NCBI GenBank assembly: GCA_045544995.1
Contig: JAZQAE010000112.1
Location: 1 to 63,426 of the forward strand
Direction: 5' to 3'
Origin: Eubacteriales bacterium
GTDB lineage: Bacteria; Bacillota; Clostridia; Oscillospirales; QAKW01
DNA length: 63,426 nucleotides
Shown: in pieces, positions 58,177 through 63,426 of the stretch
How positions within the stretch are numbered: the stretch's first letter is position 1
Layout of the letters: every line of letters begins with the position of its first letter
Made by a program: the position numbers and the translations under genes
The notes under the pieces: generated by a model
The model's database searches: none
What the model saw: only the letters and a program-made list of their open reading frames with translations
Told to the model about the DNA's origin: nothing

Positions 58177-60224
58177 CCTTTAAAAACGGACGGACCCGTT
58201 CCATCCTCGTTGCAGCGGCGGTGGCACTGGTCTTTTTCTGCTATTTGATCGCCTTGATCCGTCTGCAATTGGTCCACGGGGACGACTATAAACAACAGTC
58301 CACCCAAAAGATCTATTCCACTGAAAACATCACCGCCTCCCGGGGCAGTATCTACGATTGTAACGGCGTCAGCCTGGTGGGAAATACTACCGGCTTCTGC
58401 TTAAAATTCACCCGTGCTTTGATGCCCAAGGCACAGCAAAACGATATCATTCTCCGTCTGATCCGTCTGATGGAAGAACATGAGGCTTCTTACTATGACC
58501 GTCTGCCCATCACCAAGACCCTCCCCTTTGCCTATACCACGGAGGATCCGGCGGATGCGGGATTGAAAAAACTCTTTTCTACTTTAAAGCTCAAAAATCA
58601 GCCCACCGCAGAGACGGCAATGGCCGCTTTGATCGAAAAATATGATCTGCAGGATTATTCCCCCGAAGAACAACGGCTGATCGCCGGCGTACGGTATGAA
58701 ATGACGCTGACCACCTTCTCCCTCTCCAATCCTTACGAATTTGCCGAGGACATCAGCGTGGAGCTGGTGGCCATGGTCAAGCAATTATCCGATGAATATC
58801 CCGGTGTGGATATTGATACCAAGCCCCTGCGCTCCTATATTGATCCCTCTATTGCCCCTCATTTATTGGGATACGTAGGAAAGATCTATGCAACAGAATA
58901 TGAGGAACTGTCCTCCAAAGGATACAAGCTCAACGACACCTTAGGAAAAGCCGGTATTGAAAAAGCCATGGAATCTGTTCTCAAAGGTAAGGACGGCACC
59001 CGGGTCATCGAGCGGGATTCCAACGGTAAAGTTTTGAACGTAACCGTCCTGAAAGAAGCACAAAGCGGAAACAACGTGGTGCTGACCCTCGACAGCAATC
59101 TTCAAAAGATTGCGCAAACCTCGCTGGAAAACTGCATCAAGACCATCGCCCGCCGAGCCTCCGAGCCGGGACGGGACGGTGAAGATGCCAACGCCGGTGC
59201 GGTGGTGGCAGTCAATATTCATAACGGTGCCATTTTGGCCAGCGCCACCTATCCCACCTATACCCAAGATCAATTTGAACAGGACTACACCGCCCTGGCG
59301 ACAGACAATATGAGACCCCTCTGGAATCGGGCGTTTTACGGCACCTATGCCCCCGGCTCTACCTTTAAGATGGCCACCGGCATCGCCGCCTTGGAAGAGG
59401 GGGCCGTTGGGCTAAACGAAGTCATTCGAGATACCGGTATTTATACCAAATATGCCCCCAGCTATTCCCCTCGGTGCTGGGTCTATTCCGACTACGGACG
59501 GGGACACGGCAATCAGGACGTGGTGGCGGCTTTGAAAAACTCCTGTAACTATTATTTCTATGAATCCGCAGATCGCTTAGGGATCGAAGCCCTCAACCAA
59601 TACTGCCGGAAACTGGGTCTTGGGATTAAGACCGGCGTGGAGATCGGAGAAGCCTCCGGCATCCTGGCGGGACCGGATTACCGTGCCACCATCGACGAAT
59701 ACTGGTATCCCGGTGATACCCTCCAGGCCGCCATCGGTCAGTCCGACAATCTTTTCACTCCCCTGCAGTTGGCCAACTACGTGGCTACCATCGTCAACGG
59801 CGGAACCCGCTATACCACCCATCTGGTCAAGGGCGTTTACGATGCCGCCAGCGGTGTCTGCGTGGAAGAGGAAAAAATTCAAGCAACCGACACCTTGAAA
59901 ATGAAGGACGAAAACTACCATGCGATCATGCAGGGAATGCTGGAGTGCGCCACCACCGGTACGGCGGCCGGCGTCTTCGGCTACTCCTATTCCATCACCG
60001 CCGGTGCAAAGACCGGTACCGCATCGGTTCCCAAGGGTACTGCCAACGGTATTTTTGTGGCTTTTGCTCCTTATGAGGATCCTCAGATCGCCGTCTCGGT
60101 GGTGGTGGAACACGGTGCCCACGGAAACTACGTAGGCTCCGTGGCAAGAGATATTTTCGACGCTTACTTCGCCAAAGTACAGGTCAGCGATCCCATCACC
60201 GAGGAGGACGTATTATTACCATGA
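58173..60224 (+). CDS. mrdA: class B penicillin-binding protein (PBP2)
   Basis: RGSIYD, PGSTFK (SxxK), SCN (SxN), KTGTA. Confidence 0.92.
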   Translation: MTFKNGRTRSILVAAAVALVFFCYLIALIRLQLVHGDDYKQQSTQKIYSTENITASRGSIYDCNGVSLVGNTTGFCLKFTRALMPKAQQNDIILRLIRLMEEHEASYYDRLPITKTLPFAYTTEDPADAGLKKLFSTLKLKNQPTAETAMAALIEKYDLQDYSPEEQRLIAGVRYEMTLTTFSLSNPYEFAEDISVELVAMVKQLSDEYPGVDIDTKPLRSYIDPSIAPHLLGYVGKIYATEYEELSSKGYKLNDTLGKAGIEKAMESVLKGKDGTRVIERDSNGKVLNVTVLKEAQSGNNVVLTLDSNLQKIAQTSLENCIKTIARRASEPGRDGEDANAGAVVAVNIHNGAILASATYPTYTQDQFEQDYTALATDNMRPLWNRAFYGTYAPGSTFKMATGIAALEEGAVGLNEVIRDTGIYTKYAPSYSPRCWVYSDYGRGHGNQDVVAALKNSCNYYFYESADRLGIEALNQYCRKLGLGIKTGVEIGEASGILAGPDYRATIDEYWYPGDTLQAAIGQSDNLFTPLQLANYVATIVNGGTRYTTHLVKGVYDAASGVCVEEEKIQATDTLKMKDENYHAIMQGMLECATTGTAAGVFGYSYSITAGAKTGTASVPKGTANGIFVAFAPYEDPQIAVSVVVEHGAHGNYVGSVARDIFDAYFAKVQVSDPITEEDVLLP

Positions 60225-60832
60225 TCCGCCAGTTTTTATTTGATTGCGGGGACGTCCTTGCCCACATTCAGTTTGACAATCTTATCACTGAAATCACCGG
60301 CGATCCTGCCATGGGGCAATTGGTTTTGGAAAAGATGTGGGTCGAAGGGTCTCCCTGGTTACTTTACGATCGGGGGCTTTATAAAAAAGAAGAGATGCTC
60401 CCTTTGCTCATCGATTACTATCCGGAGATCGCCCCGGCACATCTGGAACGCTTTATGCAACTCTGGCCCCGTCGGATGCAACCCATGGAAGGGATGGAAA
60501 CTCTCATCCGGCAACTAAAAGAGGCCGGATATCCCTGTTACCTTCTTTCCAACTTCAATCCTCAATTTGAAGAATTACGTCCCCATTGTCCGGCGCTTGC
60601 CTTGATGGACGGCGCCGTTGTTTCCTATATTATAAATATGATGAAACCCCATCGGGACATCTTCGACTATACTGCTGAGAAGTTTGGCATCCGTCCCGAG
60701 GAGACCCTCTTTATCGATGATTCCCCTGCCAATATTGAGGCCGCTCAAGCTGTCGGATTTCAAGGGCATCGCTTCACCGAGGAAGCAACTCTGCGTATCT
60801 TCTTGAGAAAAATGAATATTTTAAGTGAATAA
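60221..60832 (+). CDS. HAD-family phosphatase
   Basis: FDCGDVL, LSN, KP, FIDD. Confidence 0.88.
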   Translation: MIRQFLFDCGDVLAHIQFDNLITEITGDPAMGQLVLEKMWVEGSPWLLYDRGLYKKEEMLPLLIDYYPEIAPAHLERFMQLWPRRMQPMEGMETLIRQLKEAGYPCYLLSNFNPQFEELRPHCPALALMDGAVVSYIINMMKPHRDIFDYTAEKFGIRPEETLFIDDSPANIEAAQAVGFQGHRFTEEATLRIFLRKMNILSE

Positions 60833-60838
60833 TTGCAT

Positions 60839-60871
60839 AAAATACGAGTTTTTTCAAAAAACTCGTATTTT
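60839..60871. terminator. intrinsic terminator
   Basis: AAAATACGAGTTTTTT-C-AAAAAACTCGTATTTT. Confidence 0.75.
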
Positions 60872-60874
60872 TTA

Positions 60875-60903
60875 TTGACATCTATAATAAATAGTACTAA
60901 AAT
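60875..60903 (+). promoter_or_regulatory. sigma-A promoter
   Basis: TTGACA-17-TAAAAT. Confidence 0.75.
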
Positions 60904-60938
60904 TTAACCATAAAATTTCAATCAAAGGAGTTATTCCC

Positions 60939-61898
60939 ATGAAACTGAAAAAATGGATCGCTTTACTACTTATTGCCGTCCTGTCCATCACTTGTCTGGC
61001 CGGCTGCGGTGCAAACAACGACAAGGTCACCATTGGGATCTGTCAGCTGGCACCACACGAAGCCTTGGATGCAGCTACCCAAGGGTTTAAGGATGCTGTT
61101 ATCGCCGGTCTGGGCGAAGACAAGGTGGAATTCTTAGAGCAGAATGCTACCGGCGAAGCCAACGTCTGTGTTACCATCGTTAATGACTTCGTCTCCAAGG
61201 ACGTGGATCTGATCCTAGCTAATGCGACCGCCGCTTTGCAGGCTGCCGCCAATGCTACCGAAGAGATCCCCATTCTGGGCACCTCCATCACCGATTACGG
61301 CACCGCTTTGGAAATTGAAAATTTCAACGGCACCGTAGGCGGAAACATCTCCGGCACCTCTGATCTGGCACCCTTGAACGATCAGGCACAGATGGTTCTC
61401 GATCTGGTTCCTACCGCAAAAAAGGTCGGCTTACTTTATTGCTCCGCCGAAGCCAACTCTGCTTATCAGGTAAAGGTCGTTCGCGCCTATCTGGAAGGCA
61501 AGGGCATTACGGTAACGGATTATAAGTTTGCCGACTCCAACGACGTGGCGCAGATCGCCACCTATGCCGCTGAGCAATGCGACGCCATCTACATCCCCAC
61601 CGATAATAAGGCTGCCGACTGCGCCGAAACCATTCATTCTGCTATCGCAGATAAAAAGATCCCCGTCATTACCGGCGATACCGGCACCGCCAAGGCCTGC
61701 GGTGTTGCGACCCTTTCCAGTGATTATTATAATATCGGAAAGAAAACCGGCGAAATGGCGGTTAAAATCCTGAACGGCGAAGCGAAGATCGCTGAAATGC
61801 CCATCGAATACGATGAAGCACCTCAGTACCTCTACAATAAGACTCTTTGCCAAGAACTGGAAATCACCGTTCCGGCAACCTATGGCGAACTGAAATAA
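60939..61898 (+). CDS. ABC substrate-binding lipoprotein (ABC_sub_bind, putative aromatic amino acid)
   Basis: Lipobox LAGC, H.ALD...GF, NISGTSD, YIPTDN. Confidence 0.88.
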   Translation: MKLKKWIALLLIAVLSITCLAGCGANNDKVTIGICQLAPHEALDAATQGFKDAVIAGLGEDKVEFLEQNATGEANVCVTIVNDFVSKDVDLILANATAALQAAANATEEIPILGTSITDYGTALEIENFNGTVGGNISGTSDLAPLNDQAQMVLDLVPTAKKVGLLYCSAEANSAYQVKVVRAYLEGKGITVTDYKFADSNDVAQIATYAAEQCDAIYIPTDNKAADCAETIHSAIADKKIPVITGDTGTAKACGVATLSSDYYNIGKKTGEMAVKILNGEAKIAEMPIEYDEAPQYLYNKTLCQELEITVPATYGELK

Positions 61899-61904
61899 CG
61901 TTTT

Positions 61905-61943
61905 AAAGAAGAAATTTTTTCGTTTTGAAAAAATTTCTTCTTT
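61905..61943 (+). terminator. intrinsic terminator
   Basis: AAAGAAGAAATTTTTTC / GAAAAAATTTCTTCTTT followed by T run. Confidence 0.7.
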
Positions 61944-61959
61944 TTTTATCAAAAACCTA

Positions 61960-62010
61960 TTGACTTTCGTAGGCGAAAGTGTTAAAGTACTAAACAGTAA
62001 AAGACTTAAA
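61960..62010 (+). promoter_or_regulatory. promoter with palindromic operator in the spacer
   Basis: TTGACT-17-TAAAGT; ACTTTCG-TAGG-CGAAAGT at 61963-61980; recurring TAAA. Confidence 0.6.
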
Positions 62011-62030
62011 ACCCTAAAGGAGAATTAAAA

Positions 62031-62993
62031 ATGAAAGCAAAAAGATTAATTGCCATCATTGCCATTCTGGCAATGGTCCTCACCTGCCTGACCGCTTGCG
62101 GTAAAAAAGATGACGGAAAGTTTACCATCGGTATCTGTCAGCTGGCTCCCCACGTAGCGTTGGATGCCGCTACTCAAGGCTTTAAGGATGCCATCGTCGC
62201 CGAACTGGGCGAAGAGAACGTAGAGTTCCTGAGCCAGAATGCTGCCGGCGAAGCCAATGTCTGCACCACCATCGTCAATGACTTTGTTTCCAAGGACGTG
62301 GATCTGATCCTGGGCAACGCTACTGCCGCTCTGCAGGCCGCTGCCAATGCTACTACTAAAATCCCCATTCTGGGTACTTCCATCACCGAGTACGGCACTG
62401 CTTTGGAACTTGAGAATTTCAACGGCACCGTGGGTGGTAACATCTCTGGTACTTCCGACCTGGCTCCTCTGGATGAACAGGCTCAGATGATTATTGATCT
62501 GGTTCCTACCGCTAAGAAGATCGGTCTGCTGTATTGCTCCGCTGAGCCCAACTCCGCTTATCAGGTAAAGGTCGTCCGTGCTTACCTGGAAGGCAAGGGT
62601 CTGACTGTTGAAGACTTTAAGTTCTCTGACTCCAACGACGTTTCTCAGGTAGCTGCTGCCGCCGCTGATAAGTGCGACGCTCTCTACATCCCCACCGATA
62701 ATAAAGCCGCGGACTGCACCGAGACCATCAACAATGCAGTTCTGCCCACCAAGACCCCCATCATCGCCGGTGAGGCCGGTATCTGCGGCGGTTGCGGTAT
62801 CGCTACCCTCTCCATCGACTACTACAATCTGGGTCAGACCACCGGTAAGATGGCTGTTAAGATCCTGAAGGGTGAAGCCGACATCTCCGAAATGCCCATC
62901 GAATATGATAAGAGCCCTGTTAAGAAGTACAACAAGAGCATCTGCACCGAGCTGGGTATCACCATTCCCGAAGGCTATACCGCTTTGGAGTAA
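62031..62993 (+). CDS. ABC substrate-binding lipoprotein, paralog of the upstream gene
   Basis: Lipobox LTAC; long identical blocks shared with 60939-61898. Confidence 0.9.
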   Translation: MKAKRLIAIIAILAMVLTCLTACGKKDDGKFTIGICQLAPHVALDAATQGFKDAIVAELGEENVEFLSQNAAGEANVCTTIVNDFVSKDVDLILGNATAALQAAANATTKIPILGTSITEYGTALELENFNGTVGGNISGTSDLAPLDEQAQMIIDLVPTAKKIGLLYCSAEPNSAYQVKVVRAYLEGKGLTVEDFKFSDSNDVSQVAAAAADKCDALYIPTDNKAADCTETINNAVLPTKTPIIAGEAGICGGCGIATLSIDYYNLGQTTGKMAVKILKGEADISEMPIEYDKSPVKKYNKSICTELGITIPEGYTALE

Positions 62994-62999
62994 AAACTC

Positions 63000-63059
63000 T
63001 TGCAATTCGACAATGAATGAATTATAATGTTATGTGCCGCCACATAAGTGGCGGCACAT
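63000..63059 (+). promoter_or_regulatory. sigma-A-like promoter followed by a 12-bp hairpin
   Basis: TTGCAA-17-TATAAT; ATGTGCCGCCAC-ATAA-GTGGCGGCACAT at 63032-63059. Confidence 0.65.
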
Positions 63060-63095
63060 TTCGAGTTATTTTAAAAGATCGTGTGAAAGGGGTCC

Positions 63096-63426
63096 GAGGA
63101 ACGAGCGACGAAGAAGGACTCGTTTTCAATAAGATCAAAAAAACAGACCGTTTAAAATGACGGCATTTTTCGTTGATCGGGACGAAGGCGTATGCCGATA
63201 CGCGGAGGAACGAGCGACGAAGAAGGACTCATTTTCAATAAGATCAAAAAAACAGACCGTTCAAAATGACGGCATTTTTTCGTTGATCGGGACGAAGGCG
63301 TATGCCGATACGCGGAGGAACGAGCGACGGAAAAGGACTCATTTTCAATAAGATCAAAAAATAGACCGTTCAAAATGACGGCATTTTTCGTTGATCGGGA
63401 CGAAGGCGTATACCGATACGCCGAGG
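63096..63426. repeat. tandem array of a ~109-bp structured unit (3 copies plus the start of a fourth, truncated by window end)
   Basis: Unit starts at 63096, 63205, 63315, 63423; internal IRs GATCAA/TTGATC, CCGT/ACGG, GCGTAT/ATACGC. Confidence 0.95.

Noticed and set aside
63096..63426. CRISPR array or small ORFs in the terminal repeat
   Set aside because: No variable spacers; the ORFs are repeat translations.

Overview
Chromosomal window from a Clostridia-type Firmicute (Oscillospirales-like gene content; the taxon is inferred). The right two-thirds is mostly housekeeping: rimP-nusA-ylxR-ylxQ-infB-rbfA-DHH-truB-ribF, a GldA/F/G-like ABC system with a DUF4340 protein, minD-mgsA-hisS-aspS, a U32/RlhA-like protein, zapA-maf-mreBCD-PBP2-HAD and two tandem ABC substrate-binding lipoproteins. 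The left third is more accessory: a two-component system driving a VTC-domain/DUF4956/Cthe_2159 operon, a YdbS/YdbT pair, a TetR module with a nonsense-interrupted membrane gene, a CofE-like ligase paired with a GMP synthase lacking its glutaminase domain, cysK, degV, an orphan MazF, a MacB-like ABC/DUF1287/two-component operon, a rhamnulokinase-like kinase and three ABC exporter genes. The most unusual features are non-coding. (1) A 148-bp tandem array (5 full copies plus a partial one) is fused to the guaA stop codon, and its hairpin variants show compensatory and strand-specific G-U changes. (2) A 109-bp tandem array lies downstream of a consensus-like promoter at the window end. (3) Short inverted-repeat elements sit beside terminators, one flanked by a 32-bp duplication of the terminator. 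No CRISPR array, cas gene, integrase, transposase, rRNA or tRNA was recognised. All family calls come from visual motif recognition; no database search was run.
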